From: an uncultured Verrucomicrobiae bacterium
Lineage (GTDB): Bacteria; Verrucomicrobiota; Verrucomicrobiia; Opitutales; JABDGR01
Length of the DNA: 64,000 nt
Assembly: GCA_963765205.1 (NCBI GenBank)
Contig: CAVXVB010000009.1
Coordinates: forward strand, 914,590-978,589
Direction: 5' to 3'
Both the position numbers and the translations under genes were made by a program. This document shows, in pieces, positions 28,140-38,703 of the stretch; position 1 is the first letter of the stretch; every line of letters starts with the position of its first letter. The notes under the pieces are model-generated. The model searched no databases, was not told the DNA's origin, and worked only from the letters and a program-made list of their open reading frames with translations.

Positions 28140-30560
28140 ATGAAACAACAATACTCCGTCGAGGTCGAAGACCTCGGCATCACCATCGCGTCCGGGAGCA
28201 TCGCCCGGCAAGCCAACGGCGCCGTCACCATCGTCAAGGGTGAGACCACCGTCCTCGTCACCGCCACCGTGGCCAATTCGCTGAAGCCCGACCAGGATTG
28301 GTTTCCGCTCTCCGTGGATTACCGCGACAAATTCGCTGCGGCCGGCCGCTTCCCCGGCGGCTACTTCAAGCGCGAAGGCCGCCCGACCGAGAAGGAAATC
28401 CTCACCTCGCGCCTGTGCGACCGCCCCCTGCGCCCGCTGTTCCCGACCGGCTTCATCAACGAAGTCCAGGTCCTCGGCTACCTCCTCTCGACCGACTTGA
28501 TGAACGAGCCGGACGTGCTCATGGTCAACGGCGCGTCCGCCGCAGTTTATCTTTCGGACATTCCGTGGAACGGCCCCATCGGCTGCGTGCGCGTCGGCGA
28601 AATCAACGGCCAGTTCGTCGCCAACCCCACCAACGAGGAGCAGTTTGAATCGCGCCTCGATCTCGTCTACGTCGGCAACGAGCGCGACATGATGATGATC
28701 GAAGGCAGCGCGGACCAGATTCCCGAGGCGCGCTTCATCGAAGCCCTCGAATTCGCGCACGCCCAAGTGCAAAAAGTCATCGCCGCGATTAAGAAATTGC
28801 ACGAAATGGGCGGCGGCAAGAAAAAGCGCGTATTCAAGCTGCAAACCCCCGATCCGAAGGTGCTCGAGCTTTGCACGCAAATCGCCGGCAGCCGCCTGTC
28901 GGCCGCCATGCACCAGGACAAGAAGCAGGACCGCGAAACGGCCGTCGGCGTGTTGATTGACGAAGCCAAGAAGACGCTGGAAGGCCAGCTCGGCGCGGCT
29001 TACGACAAGAACCAGGTGCGCCTGGCCTTCGAAGTCCTCCAGGAAAAAGTTTACCGCGAGAACATCCTCGTTTCCGGCAAACGCGTGGATGGCCGCGGAC
29101 CGCAAGACTTGCGCGCGATTTCGTGCAACGTCGGCGTGCTGCCGCGCGTCCATGGCTCGGCGCTGTTTCAGCGCGGCGAGACGCAGGGGCTGGTCATCAC
29201 CACCCTGGGCACGAGCAAGGACGCGCAGGAAATGGACGGCATCACCGGCGGCGCCCGCTCGAAGTCGTTCATCCTGCATTATAACTTCCCGCCGTTCTCG
29301 GTGGGTGAAACGGGCCGCACCGGCTCGCCGGGGCGCCGCGAAATCGGCCACGGCGCGCTCGCGGAACGTTCCCTGCTGCCCATCATCCCGCCCGAGGACG
29401 AATTCCCCTACTCCGTGCGCCTGGTGTCCGAAATTATGGAGTCGAACGGCTCGACCTCGATGGCCTCGGTCTGCGGCGGCTGCCTGAGCTTGATGGACGC
29501 CGGCGTGCCGATTCTCGCCCCCGTGGCGGGCATCTCCGTCGGTCTGGTGTCCCGCGAAAACGGCGGCGTCATCACCGAATATAAAATTCTCACCGACATC
29601 ATCGGTGCAGAAGACCACTTCGGCGACATGGACTTCAAAGTTTGCGGCACGCGCGAAGGCATCACGGGCTTCCAGCTCGACTTGAAGATCCACGGCCTGC
29701 CGCTGGGCATCGCCAAGGAAGCCATCGCGCAAAACCGCGAGGCGCGCCTGAAAATCCTCGACATTATGCAGGCGACGCAAAGCGGCCCGCGCACGGAATT
29801 GCGCGAGTGCGCCCCGCGCATCGTGTCGGTCAAGATTGATCCCGAGAAGATCGGGATGCTCATCGGCCCCGGCGGCAAGAACATCAAGCGCATCGTGGAA
29901 GTCTCCGGCGCGCAGATTGACATTGATGACGATAATTCGGGCCGCGTGAACATCTTCTCCAACAGCAAAGAGTCCCTGGAACGCGCGAAGGCCGAAATTG
30001 ACGCGATGACGGCCGAAATTGAATTGGGCAAGACCTACAAGGGCATCGTCCGTTCGATCAAGGAATTCGGCGCGTTCGTCGAATGTCTGCCGGGCAAAGA
30101 GGGCCTTGTCCACGTTTCCGAAATGGCCGACTTCCGCGTCAACCGCGTGGAAGACGTGTGCAAGCTCGGCGACGAGATGCTGGTCAAGTGCATCGGCATT
30201 GACGACAAGGGCAAGTGCCGCCTCTCGCGGCGCGCGGCGATTATGGAGCAGCAAGGCCTGCCCTATACCCCGACCGAAAAACCGCCCTCCCGCGACCGTG
30301 GTGACCGTTTTGAGCGCGGCGGCGACCGCGGCGGACGGGGCGGCGACCGCTTTGGCCCGCCCCGGCGTGGTGATCACGGAGACCGTGGTGATCGTGGTGG
30401 ACGCGGTGGCGACCGCTTTGAGCGCGGCGGCGACCGCGGCCCGGATCGCGGCCCCGACCGGGGTCCGGACCGCCCGCGCGACCAGGGCAACGACCGTGGC
30501 GGCCTGAGTGGTGGGCATGATCAGGCGCCCGAACCGATGCCGGCCGACAGTGGCCAATAA
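28140..30560 (+). CDS. pnp: Polyribonucleotide nucleotidyltransferase (PNPase) with a C-terminal Arg/Gly/Asp-rich tail of about 106 aa
   Basis: 806-aa ORF with RPLRPLFP, two RNase PH domains, KH ([10 protein letters not shown]) and S1 ([27 protein letters not shown]). The tail follows: [22 protein letters not shown]...[17 protein letters not shown]. Confidence 0.95.
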   Translation: MKQQYSVEVEDLGITIASGSIARQANGAVTIVKGETTVLVTATVANSLKPDQDWFPLSVDYRDKFAAAGRFPGGYFKREGRPTEKEILTSRLCDRPLRPLFPTGFINEVQVLGYLLSTDLMNEPDVLMVNGASAAVYLSDIPWNGPIGCVRVGEINGQFVANPTNEEQFESRLDLVYVGNERDMMMIEGSADQIPEARFIEALEFAHAQVQKVIAAIKKLHEMGGGKKKRVFKLQTPDPKVLELCTQIAGSRLSAAMHQDKKQDRETAVGVLIDEAKKTLEGQLGAAYDKNQVRLAFEVLQEKVYRENILVSGKRVDGRGPQDLRAISCNVGVLPRVHGSALFQRGETQGLVITTLGTSKDAQEMDGITGGARSKSFILHYNFPPFSVGETGRTGSPGRREIGHGALAERSLLPIIPPEDEFPYSVRLVSEIMESNGSTSMASVCGGCLSLMDAGVPILAPVAGISVGLVSRENGGVITEYKILTDIIGAEDHFGDMDFKVCGTREGITGFQLDLKIHGLPLGIAKEAIAQNREARLKILDIMQATQSGPRTELRECAPRIVSVKIDPEKIGMLIGPGGKNIKRIVEVSGAQIDIDDDNSGRVNIFSNSKESLERAKAEIDAMTAEIELGKTYKGIVRSIKEFGAFVECLPGKEGLVHVSEMADFRVNRVEDVCKLGDEMLVKCIGIDDKGKCRLSRRAAIMEQQGLPYTPTEKPPSRDRGDRFERGGDRGGRGGDRFGPPRRGDHGDRGDRGGRGGDRFERGGDRGPDRGPDRGPDRPRDQGNDRGGLSGGHDQAPEPMPADSGQ

Positions 30561-30584
30561 ACCCGCGCATGGGCGCGACGACAA

Positions 30585-30615
30585 ACACCCCCGGATTTCC
30601 GGGGGTGTTTTTTTT
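30585..30615 (+). terminator. Rho-independent terminator after pnp
   Basis: acacccccgg (30585-30594), loop attt, ccgggggtgt (30599-30608). This is a 10-bp perfect stem running into a T-run through 30615. Confidence 0.75.
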
Positions 30616-30688
30616 GCGCTACTTTCCCTAATCGAGCGGAAATCTGTAGTATTCCCAAGTTCAGCGGCGTCATTACTATAAAACCATC

Positions 30689-33600
30689 ATGGATGACCGC
30701 GAATTGTTGCAGGAATACGTCGAGCGCCAAGCGGAGCCGGCCTTCGCCGAATTGGTGGCCCGGCACTTGCCCATTGTCCTTGGCACAGCGCAGCGGCTGG
30801 TGCGCGAGCCGCAAGCGGCGGAGGACGTGGCCCAGACCGTGTTTATCCAGTTGGCTCGCAAGGCGTGGACCATCCGCCAAGGCCAGTCCCTCTCCGGCTG
30901 GCTTTACCGCGCCACCCAACACGCCGCGCTGGATGCTCTGCGCAAAGAGCACCGGCGGCAACAACGCGAAACCAGCGCCATGAAATTCGCCGAAACCCAA
31001 AATGCCCCCGACCCTGCCTGGGAAGAGTTCGCCCCCCTGGTGGACGAAGCCATGCGGCAGCTCAAGCGCGGCGAACAGGACGCGCTGCTGTTGCGCTTTT
31101 TTGAAGACAAGACCTACGGCGAAGTGGGCCGCATTCTCGGACTCGATGAACGAACCGCGTGCCAGCGCGTGAACCGCGCCCTGGAAAAAATGCGCGGGCA
31201 CCTTGCCCGCCGGGGCGTGACCACGACCGCCACGTTGCTGGCCTCCGCTATAACCGCCCATGCTGCGGTGCCTTTGTCCACCGGGATGGCTGCGCAGGTT
31301 GCGGGAACATCACTCGCCGGCGCAGGCACGGGAGCGTTTTCGGCCTCGGTTGTAAAAACTTTTTTCTATATGACCACCAAAACCAAAATCGCCCTGGCTG
31401 CTGCCGTCTTCATTGCGGCGGCGACAGTCTCCACCCTTACGCAACAGCGGGAAATCAGCCGCCTGCGCACGGAGTTGGCGGCCAAAAGCGCCCGGCCGGC
31501 CGCCCCACCCCGCACGGGTCAGATCAAGGCGAACGGATTACCCCACAACCTGCCGTGGGATCCGCACGGTCCGCTCGCGGATATTCTTAAAAAATATAAA
31601 GGCGCGGACCGCGTCGCCGCGATTCTCAAGCTGGTGGATGAAACCGCCGTTCCGGATTTGGCCCACTTGATGGATGAAGCCGCCGCCTGCCCGGAATTCG
31701 ATATCGGTTTGAATGTATACAGTCTGGCGAACTCTAAATGGGCGCACTCCGATCCGGACGGTGCGCTCAGCTACGCTTATGCGACCGCGAAGAAACCAGG
31801 GTTTCTCCCGGGAGCAACGGCGCTCAGCCCCGTGTTCACCACCTGGGCGGCGGACGACCCGCCGGGCGCCCTTGCCGCCGCGGCCAAATTGGACCGGACT
31901 TCGTTTCGGGCCGCCGCCGTTGGCCAAGTCCTCTCCATCTGGGCCCAAGGCGACCATCCGCTGGATGCTGTAAATGCGGCCAAAAGCATGCCCAAAGGCC
32001 TGCTCAAAACCGATCCGCTATTAACGGTTTTTCAGGCGTGGGCGGAAATGGACCCAGCCGCTGCCTTGGCCAATTTGAGCCTGATTGACAGCGCCAGCAC
32101 CCGCCGATCAGTGCAAAGCTCCATCATCACCACCATCGCCGACAGCGACCCCAAGCAAGCGCTCGACATTTTGCACAGCCTGCCCGTGGGCCAGCAAAAC
32201 ACCCAGCTCTATGCCAGCGTTTTCAAATCATGGGCCGAGCTGGACCCGGTGGCAGCACTGGCGACGCTGCAAAGCCTGCCGCCGGGGGCCGTGCGCAACG
32301 CGGCAACTCAAAGCGTTTATAGCGGCTGGGCGGAACTGGACCCCGCCGCTGCGCTCCAGGCCATCCAATCCCTGCCGCCAGGCCAGGCGCGCAACCTCGC
32401 CCAACAATCCGTCTTGAATGAATTGGTTCAGCAAGACCCGGAGGCCGCCGCCCAATATCTTGCCACACTGCCGCCAGGCAGCTACCGCAACAATCTCATC
32501 ATCTCCACGATCAAGACTTGGAGCGACACCGACCCCGCCGCCGCGCTCGCCTGGCTCAGCGCCAATGCCAAAGGCGCGGCCTACACTAATAGCATTGCGG
32601 GGGTTTTGACCAATTTAAGCGCCAGCGACCCGGCGGCGGCGCTGGCCTATGTCGCGCAGTTGCCGGAAAGTGCCCAACGCGAAACCGACTATGGAACCGT
32701 CCTCGGCCAGTATGCCAAAGACGACCCGACCGCCGCCTTCAACTGGCTGAACACCAATCTGACCGACAACGACCATGATACCGCTTTGGCGAGCGCCGTC
32801 AGCCAACTGGCCAAGGTTGATCCCGACACAGCGGCGGCCGATTACCTCCAAATGCCCGCCGGCGGCCCGCGCGACAGCATCACCGGGGCCATTGCGGACT
32901 CACTCGCCGCCCAAGACACCCAGGCGGCCCTCACCTGGGTGCAAAATCTGCCCGCCGACACGGCTGACAGCGTCCGCAGCCAAGCCATGAAAAGCGTCAT
33001 CACCGCCTGGAAAAATGTGGACCCGGTTGCAGCGGCCAATTATGTGCAAAATCTCGCGACCGACCCGACTCTGGCCGGGCCGATTGGCGGGGTCGCTTAT
33101 GCGTATGCAGGGGTTGATGGACCTGGCGCGTTGGCCTGGGCGCAGGCGCTGCCGGCCGGCCCCACGCAGGACAACGCCGTGCGCAGTTCGATTACCGGGC
33201 TGGCCCAGACGGATCCGCAAACGGCGTGGCAGGAAGCCAGTGTCATTCTCCAACAGCAAGGCACGATTAACGCCAACACCGCGATCAATGGCCCCACGCT
33301 CCGGCAAGTCATCACCGCCTGGGCCGAAACCGACCCGGCCGGCGCGGCCCAAGCGGCGCTCAACCTGACCACGGCGGGCACCCGGGTAAACTCCATTACC
33401 GCGGTGGCCACCACTTGGGCGCAACAGGATCCCGACGGCCTCAACACTTGGATGCAAACCTTGCCCCAGGGAGCGGAACGCGATGCCGCCGTGGCGCAAT
33501 ACGTCATGACCCAAGCCTCTAGCGATCCCGCCGCCGCGTATAGGCTGGCCACAGGTATCGGCGACGACATCAGCCGCTACAACCAAATCGTCATCAGCCT

Positions 33601-33706
33601 CACCGCTTGGGCGAAGAAAGACCCGACCGCCGCCCAAGCCGCCCTGGCCACCGCTCCGATCACGCCGGCCCAGCAAAAGACCATCGCCAATGTCATTAAA
33701 AAGTAA
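30689..33706 (+). CDS. ECF-type sigma-70 factor fused to a TM anchor and about 20 tandem 32-residue repeats
   Basis: 1005-aa ORF. Region 2 (LVARHLPIVLGTAQRLV...AEDVAQTVFIQLARK...GWLYRATQHAALDALRKE) and region 4 (GEQDALLLRFFEDKTYGEVGRILGLDERTACQRVNRALEKMR) lie in residues 1-176. A hydrophobic helix IALAAAVFIAAATVSTL follows at about residues 234-250. Repeats of type LDPAAALQAIQSLPPGQARNLAQQSVLNELVQ then run from about residue 353 to the end. Confidence 0.75.
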   Translation: MDDRELLQEYVERQAEPAFAELVARHLPIVLGTAQRLVREPQAAEDVAQTVFIQLARKAWTIRQGQSLSGWLYRATQHAALDALRKEHRRQQRETSAMKFAETQNAPDPAWEEFAPLVDEAMRQLKRGEQDALLLRFFEDKTYGEVGRILGLDERTACQRVNRALEKMRGHLARRGVTTTATLLASAITAHAAVPLSTGMAAQVAGTSLAGAGTGAFSASVVKTFFYMTTKTKIALAAAVFIAAATVSTLTQQREISRLRTELAAKSARPAAPPRTGQIKANGLPHNLPWDPHGPLADILKKYKGADRVAAILKLVDETAVPDLAHLMDEAAACPEFDIGLNVYSLANSKWAHSDPDGALSYAYATAKKPGFLPGATALSPVFTTWAADDPPGALAAAAKLDRTSFRAAAVGQVLSIWAQGDHPLDAVNAAKSMPKGLLKTDPLLTVFQAWAEMDPAAALANLSLIDSASTRRSVQSSIITTIADSDPKQALDILHSLPVGQQNTQLYASVFKSWAELDPVAALATLQSLPPGAVRNAATQSVYSGWAELDPAAALQAIQSLPPGQARNLAQQSVLNELVQQDPEAAAQYLATLPPGSYRNNLIISTIKTWSDTDPAAALAWLSANAKGAAYTNSIAGVLTNLSASDPAAALAYVAQLPESAQRETDYGTVLGQYAKDDPTAAFNWLNTNLTDNDHDTALASAVSQLAKVDPDTAAADYLQMPAGGPRDSITGAIADSLAAQDTQAALTWVQNLPADTADSVRSQAMKSVITAWKNVDPVAAANYVQNLATDPTLAGPIGGVAYAYAGVDGPGALAWAQALPAGPTQDNAVRSSITGLAQTDPQTAWQEASVILQQQGTINANTAINGPTLRQVITAWAETDPAGAAQAALNLTTAGTRVNSITAVATTWAQQDPDGLNTWMQTLPQGAERDAAVAQYVMTQASSDPAAAYRLATGIGDDISRYNQIVISLTAWAKKDPTAAQAALATAPITPAQQKTIANVIKK

Positions 33707-33871
33707 GGCGATATTCGGCCGTGCGGGAAAGCAATCACTTGCGGAGTTCGGACATTCTGGGCTTACGCTGTCGCAGCGAACGCTCAACTTTTAACGTTTT
33801 ACGTTCAAATATGAAAATGATTTCCGCGGGATGAAGCCATTTAAACGGAAACTGCAAACACCATTACACTA

Positions 33872-33905
33872 ACGCCTCCGGATTCTGGCCGGGGGCGTTT
33901 TTTTT
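33872..33905 (+). terminator. Rho-independent terminator about 165 nt downstream of the sigma-fusion gene
   Basis: acgcctccgg (33872-33881), 7-nt loop, ccgggggcgt (33889-33898). This is a 10-bp stem with one G-U pair, followed by a run of 8 T to 33905. The shape and sequence resemble the pnp terminator. Confidence 0.65.
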
Positions 33906-34133
33906 GCGCCCGGCACCCAACTCCTGGTGGTCGCAAAGCGTTTGCCAAATCGGTTGAATTATGGAATTGGCTGGAATCCCGATTAGATGATAATGCCACT
34001 TCTCCATCGCTTGTGGACTGGATGGACGGTAGGGAATGGCCTCGGCGGAAGTCCAAAAGCGTGATGGAATTGGTCTTACTCTGTTCCACCCCACCCCTAC
34101 CCCAATCCCGCAATGCCTTGCGGCACTCCCCCC

Positions 34134-35435
34134 ATGCGCCCTTCCACCTCAAAAATCGTCCTGTTGTTGGTCGCGCTCGCCCTCGCGTCCGGTGTCCGTG
34201 CCGCCGAGGCGGCGGACAGCAGCCCCACCCCCGTCACTTCGTCGGCCTCTGCCGTGCCGGATTACCCCGCCGCCCATTCACCTGTTGGTGGCCCGCCCGC
34301 ATTTGCGTCGTCGGGCAAGAAACTTTTGCTGCCCCAAGGCTACATCATTGGGGCGGACTTGTCGGCCGTGCCCGCATCGGAAGACCGCGGCACGCAATTC
34401 ATGGACAAGGGCCAGGTGATGGACATTTTGCAGATCATGAAGTCGCACGGCTTTAACTATGTCCGCCTGCGCATCTTTGTGGATCCGACGGCGTCGGATG
34501 GTTATGATACGCGGTCCGGGTTGGGCTATTGCGGGCTGGAGCAAACGATCCGGTTCGCGAAGCGCATCAAGGCGGCCGGAATGGGGCTGCTGCTCGATTT
34601 CCATTACAGCGACAGTTGGGCCGACCCCAGCAAGCAGGTCAAGCCGCTCGCCTGGCGGGATTTGGCGTTTCCCGATTTGGTGAAAACCGTGCATGACTAC
34701 ACCAAAGATGTCATTGCCAAAATGAAAGCGGCCGGCGTGGCGCCGGACATGGTGCAGCCGGGCAACGAAATCACCCCCGGCCTTTTGCTCCCCGATGGCA
34801 GTGCGAAAAACTGGGATAACCTGGCGGCGCTGCTCAAGGCCGGCATCGCGGGTGCCAAGGAAGTGGACCCGAGCATCATCATCATGCTGCACATTGACAA
34901 GGGCGGGAACAACCAAGTCACGCATCAGTGGGTGGACGGCGCGCTGTCGCATGGCGTCGAGTTCGACATTCTCGGCGAGTCCTGCTACTCGAACACGGCG
35001 TGGCAGGGGCCGATTACGAAGCAGGTCGCCAACTTTGCGGAGCTGGTCAAAAGCTACCCAAATCTCTATTTTATAAACGACGAATACGGCGGCAGTATGC
35101 GCAACACCGATAACGACCAGGTGGACAACAATAACCGCAACAACGTGGTCCTCAAGAAACCCGATTGGTCCACCGACGGCCTGGATTGGAGCAAGCGTTG
35201 GGCCAACGACATGATGTTCAATATCCCCGACAACAAGGGCCTTGGCGCGTTCTCCTGGGAGCCAACGCAGGACGGCAACCAACAATCGCTCTTCACCAAC
35301 GTCCGCGACCCCGCTACCGGCCAAAATCATCCGACGGCCAATCAGGAAATGTATGTGTTTGACGCCCTGGCCAAATCCTACGCCAGCCGGATGAAGCAAC
35401 CCCCCGGCGCCTCGACGCCGAACACCGCGAAATAA
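34134..35435 (+). CDS. Arabinogalactan endo-beta-1,4-galactanase (GH53)
   Basis: ORF 34113..35435; the likely start is ATG 34134 (MRPSTSKIVLLLVALALASGVRA, a signal peptide). Contains GADLSAVPASE...FNYVRLRIFVDP...LLLDFHYSDSWADPSKQ..P.AW...VQPGNEITPG..., the GH53 pattern. Confidence 0.85.
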   Translation: MRPSTSKIVLLLVALALASGVRAAEAADSSPTPVTSSASAVPDYPAAHSPVGGPPAFASSGKKLLLPQGYIIGADLSAVPASEDRGTQFMDKGQVMDILQIMKSHGFNYVRLRIFVDPTASDGYDTRSGLGYCGLEQTIRFAKRIKAAGMGLLLDFHYSDSWADPSKQVKPLAWRDLAFPDLVKTVHDYTKDVIAKMKAAGVAPDMVQPGNEITPGLLLPDGSAKNWDNLAALLKAGIAGAKEVDPSIIIMLHIDKGGNNQVTHQWVDGALSHGVEFDILGESCYSNTAWQGPITKQVANFAELVKSYPNLYFINDEYGGSMRNTDNDQVDNNNRNNVVLKKPDWSTDGLDWSKRWANDMMFNIPDNKGLGAFSWEPTQDGNQQSLFTNVRDPATGQNHPTANQEMYVFDALAKSYASRMKQPPGASTPNTAK

Positions 35436-35560
35436 ACGAATCCCCTGAGTTCAAGTGTGAAGCGTAAAGTATGGAGTGTAATGCCTGGCATACGGCGGGC
35501 GATAATGTGCGGTCGCCTCAACGCTTCGCTCAACTGCACACTTCACCTTGCACCTTCCGC

Positions 35561-36844
35561 CTAGCCGCTGTGGCCGCCGGCGAGATCCTTGATGATTTGG
35601 ATGATGGGCAGGAAGAGCGCAATGACGATGGTGCCGACGCCCACGGCCAGGAACACGATCATGATCGGCTCGATGATGGACGTGAGGCCGGCCACGGCGT
35701 TGTCGAGGTCTTCGTCGTAGTTGTCGGCGATGCGGTTAAGCATCTCGGGCAGCTCGCCCGTTTCCTCGCCGACGTCAATCATCGAGGTGACCATGGTGGG
35801 GAAAATCTTTTGCTGCTCGAGCGGGCCGGCCAGCGGCTCGCCGTCGCGCACCCGGTCATGCACCCGGTCCAGCGCGGCGACAATGACACTGTTCTCAATG
35901 ATGTCGCGCGTGATGTTGAGAGCCTGCAAAATGGGGACGCCCGAGGACATGAGCGTGCCGAACGTGCGGGTGAAGCGCGCAATGTTGGCCTTGCGGGCAA
36001 AGTCGCCGATTTTCGGGGTCTTGAGGATCACCCGGTCCAGCAGGCGGCTGCCGAAGCGGGTGCGGAAAAAGAAACGGGTGCCCATGACGATGACAACCAC
36101 GCCCACCACGTCGCCCACCCCGCGCAGCCAGGAGGTCGGCGTGATAAATTTGCTGATTTTGATGACCACCATGGTCAGCGTCGGCAGGGGCGCGCCCTTC
36201 AGCATGTCCTGGAAGATGGCCTCAAAGCGCGGCACGACAAACATCATCAGCGCCGTGACGATGGCGCAAGCCACTGTGATGACGACGGAGGGGTAGATCA
36301 TCGCCGCCTTGATTTTATTATTGGTCTTGACCGTCTTTTCCATGAAGCGCGCCAGGCGCGAAAGCACGACGTCGAGCACGCCGCCCGCCTCACCAGCCTT
36401 GACCATGTTCACAAACAGGCGGTCAAACACCTTGGGATACTGCGCGAGGCCGTCGGAGAAGTTGTTGCCCGAACGCACGTTGTCGGCCAGGCTGGTCAGG
36501 ACGGCCTTGAAGCGCAGGTTCTTTTCCTGGCGGATCATCACCTCCAGGCTGCGCAGGATCGGCAGGCCGGCTTGGAGCAGGGTGGCCAACTGGCGGGTGA
36601 AAATGGCCAAATTCTCCGTGCTGATGACTTTCCCGAAAGCAAAACCTTTGCCCGCCTTGCCCGGCTTGCCCCCGGCCTTGGCGGCTTTCGCGCCCCCTTT
36701 TTTGCCACCCTCCTCCTTCATGGTGGCCACCATCAGCCCCATCTGGGAGAGCTTGGCATTGGCCTCGTCGGGTGACGAGGCCTCAACTTTACCGGACTTC
36801 TTTGCTCCGGTCGCGTCAATGGCGGTGTAACGGTAATTGGGCAT
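35561..36844 (-). CDS. pilC: Type IV pilus assembly platform protein PilC (GspF family)
   Basis: ORF 35561..36955 trimmed to ATG 36844 ([22 protein letters not shown]...). Two GspF repeats ([22 protein letters not shown]; [21 protein letters not shown]) and three TM regions. Confidence 0.85.
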   Translation of the reverse strand: MPNYRYTAIDATGAKKSGKVEASSPDEANAKLSQMGLMVATMKEEGGKKGGAKAAKAGGKPGKAGKGFAFGKVISTENLAIFTRQLATLLQAGLPILRSLEVMIRQEKNLRFKAVLTSLADNVRSGNNFSDGLAQYPKVFDRLFVNMVKAGEAGGVLDVVLSRLARFMEKTVKTNNKIKAAMIYPSVVITVACAIVTALMMFVVPRFEAIFQDMLKGAPLPTLTMVVIKISKFITPTSWLRGVGDVVGVVVIVMGTRFFFRTRFGSRLLDRVILKTPKIGDFARKANIARFTRTFGTLMSSGVPILQALNITRDIIENSVIVAALDRVHDRVRDGEPLAGPLEQQKIFPTMVTSMIDVGEETGELPEMLNRIADNYDEDLDNAVAGLTSIIEPIMIVFLAVGVGTIVIALFLPIIQIIKDLAGGHSG

Positions 36845-36951
36845 GGGGGGTGGGCGCGAACGTGGTGCGGAATGAAGTGGGGTAATGCTGGTGGTTCGGA
36901 AGGGTTTGGCGAGAAAATTCTGCGGCGGACGGGCGGGCCTCAACCCTCCTA

Positions 36952-38646
36952 TCACGTATATTTCAAAACTTCGTCTATCGTGGTGAGTCCGTCGAAAATA
37001 GCTCGCATCCCGTCATCCCGCAGGGTTCTCATGCCCTGCTCGATGGCCTTTTGCTTGAGGACGAGGGTCGGCGCCTTTTTGGAGATGAGCTCGCGGATGG
37101 CGTCCGTGGATATCATCAGCTCGAAAAGTCCCTGGCGGCCGCGGTAGCCGGTCTGGCTGCATTCAGCGCACCCTTTGCCGAAGAAGAATTGTTTCTCGGC
37201 GATTTCCAGGGGATTGGCGCCGAGCAGATCGATCATTTCATGATCCGGCTCATAGGCGGACTTGCAGGACTTGCAGATCCGGCGCACCAGGCGCTGGCCC
37301 AAGATCCCTTCCAACGACGCGGAAATGAGGAACGGCTCCAAGCCCATGTCAATCATACGGGTGACCGCACCGGGCGCGTCATTCGTGTGCAGGGTCGCCA
37401 GCACCACGTGGCCGGTCAGCGAGGCTTGGACGGCGATTTGCGCCGTTTCCAAGTCGCGAATCTCGCCGACCATGATTTTGTCCGGATCCTGGCGCAGGAA
37501 CGAACGCAGGCATTTGGCGAAGTCCAGGCCGACCTTGTGGTTGACCGCAACCTGCATGATGCCGTCAATTTCATATTCCACCGGATCCTCGGCCGTGAGA
37601 ATTTTGAGGTCCACCGTGTTCACCTCGCGCAAGGCGCTGTAGAGGGTCGTGGTCTTCCCCGAACCGGTGGGGCCAGTCACAATGAAGATGCCATTGGGGA
37701 GGTTGACAAGGTGGCGGATGCTTTCCATCACGTCCGCCGGCATGGACAGGTTCGCCAAGTCCAGATTGACCACGGATTTGTCGAGCACGCGGAGGACGAC
37801 GCTTTCGCCGAACTGGGTCGGCAGCGTCGAAACGCGCAGATCCACCGGGCGCCCGGCAATGGTCATCTTGATGCGCCCATCCTGCGGGATGCGCCGCTCG
37901 GCAATGTTGAGGTTGGCCAGCACCTTGATGCGGGAAATGACCGGGATGGCCAGGCTCTTGGGCGGCGGGGCCATCTCGTAGAGCGCGCCGTCGATGCGGT
38001 AACGGATGCGAAAGAGATCCTCAAACGGCTCAAAGTGAATGTCCGAGGCCTTGTCGCGAATGGCCTGTTGCATGACGAGATTCACGAAGCGGATGATGGG
38101 CGTCTCGTTGGCAAGATTTTCCAGATCTTTCTCTTCCATGTCGCCATCGCTGGCGGCGCCCACGTTGGCGGTCTTGATTTCGTCCAGCAGCGAGTCAATC
38201 GAAGCATCTTCCTCCCCATAGGTGGCGGTGAGCAGGCGCTCAATGGTCTCCGGGTCAATCACGATCAACTGGATGTCCTTGCCGATGGAAAAAGTCAGGT
38301 CGTCCACAATGCGGTGGTTGAAAGGATCCTTCGCCACCACAAAGATGGTCGTGTCCTCCTGACGGACCGGCACGATTCCATACATGCGCGCTATGGCGGG
38401 TTTGATGGACTTGGCGACGGAATCTTCGATGCTGTCGGGCGCATCCGCCATGAACTCGAGTTGCAGAAAGTCGGCCACCATCTTCAAAAAGACCGGGCGC
38501 TCGACGAGGTTGGCATCCAAGACGGTGTCAGCGAGGCTCTTGCCCGTGTCCTGGGCGGTTTGGAGCAATTCTCCGAGCTGGTCCTGGTTGAACTGGCCGC
38601 TCTTGGATAATACGTCCGAAATGGCGCTATTATGGTCTTCAAACAT
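36952..38646 (-). CDS. GspE/PilB-family secretion ATPase (second copy)
   Basis: 564-aa ORF with an N-terminal T2SSE_N-like domain. Walker [11 protein letters not shown], Asp/His boxes, and a tetracysteine motif CKSC...CAEC. Confidence 0.85.
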   Translation of the reverse strand: MFEDHNSAISDVLSKSGQFNQDQLGELLQTAQDTGKSLADTVLDANLVERPVFLKMVADFLQLEFMADAPDSIEDSVAKSIKPAIARMYGIVPVRQEDTTIFVVAKDPFNHRIVDDLTFSIGKDIQLIVIDPETIERLLTATYGEEDASIDSLLDEIKTANVGAASDGDMEEKDLENLANETPIIRFVNLVMQQAIRDKASDIHFEPFEDLFRIRYRIDGALYEMAPPPKSLAIPVISRIKVLANLNIAERRIPQDGRIKMTIAGRPVDLRVSTLPTQFGESVVLRVLDKSVVNLDLANLSMPADVMESIRHLVNLPNGIFIVTGPTGSGKTTTLYSALREVNTVDLKILTAEDPVEYEIDGIMQVAVNHKVGLDFAKCLRSFLRQDPDKIMVGEIRDLETAQIAVQASLTGHVVLATLHTNDAPGAVTRMIDMGLEPFLISASLEGILGQRLVRRICKSCKSAYEPDHEMIDLLGANPLEIAEKQFFFGKGCAECSQTGYRGRQGLFELMISTDAIRELISKKAPTLVLKQKAIEQGMRTLRDDGMRAIFDGLTTIDEVLKYT

Positions 38647-38703
38647 GGTGGGTGGGATTTGGGGGCTGGGCCGCGCGGGGCGGGGATGTTGTAAAGGTAG
38701 AAA

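Noticed and set aside
27960-30584. 874-aa ORF on the minus strand
   Set aside because: It is exactly antisense to the unambiguous pnp gene, and the translation is Ala/Arg/Gly-rich with no recognisable motifs. This is a typical shadow ORF of GC-rich DNA.
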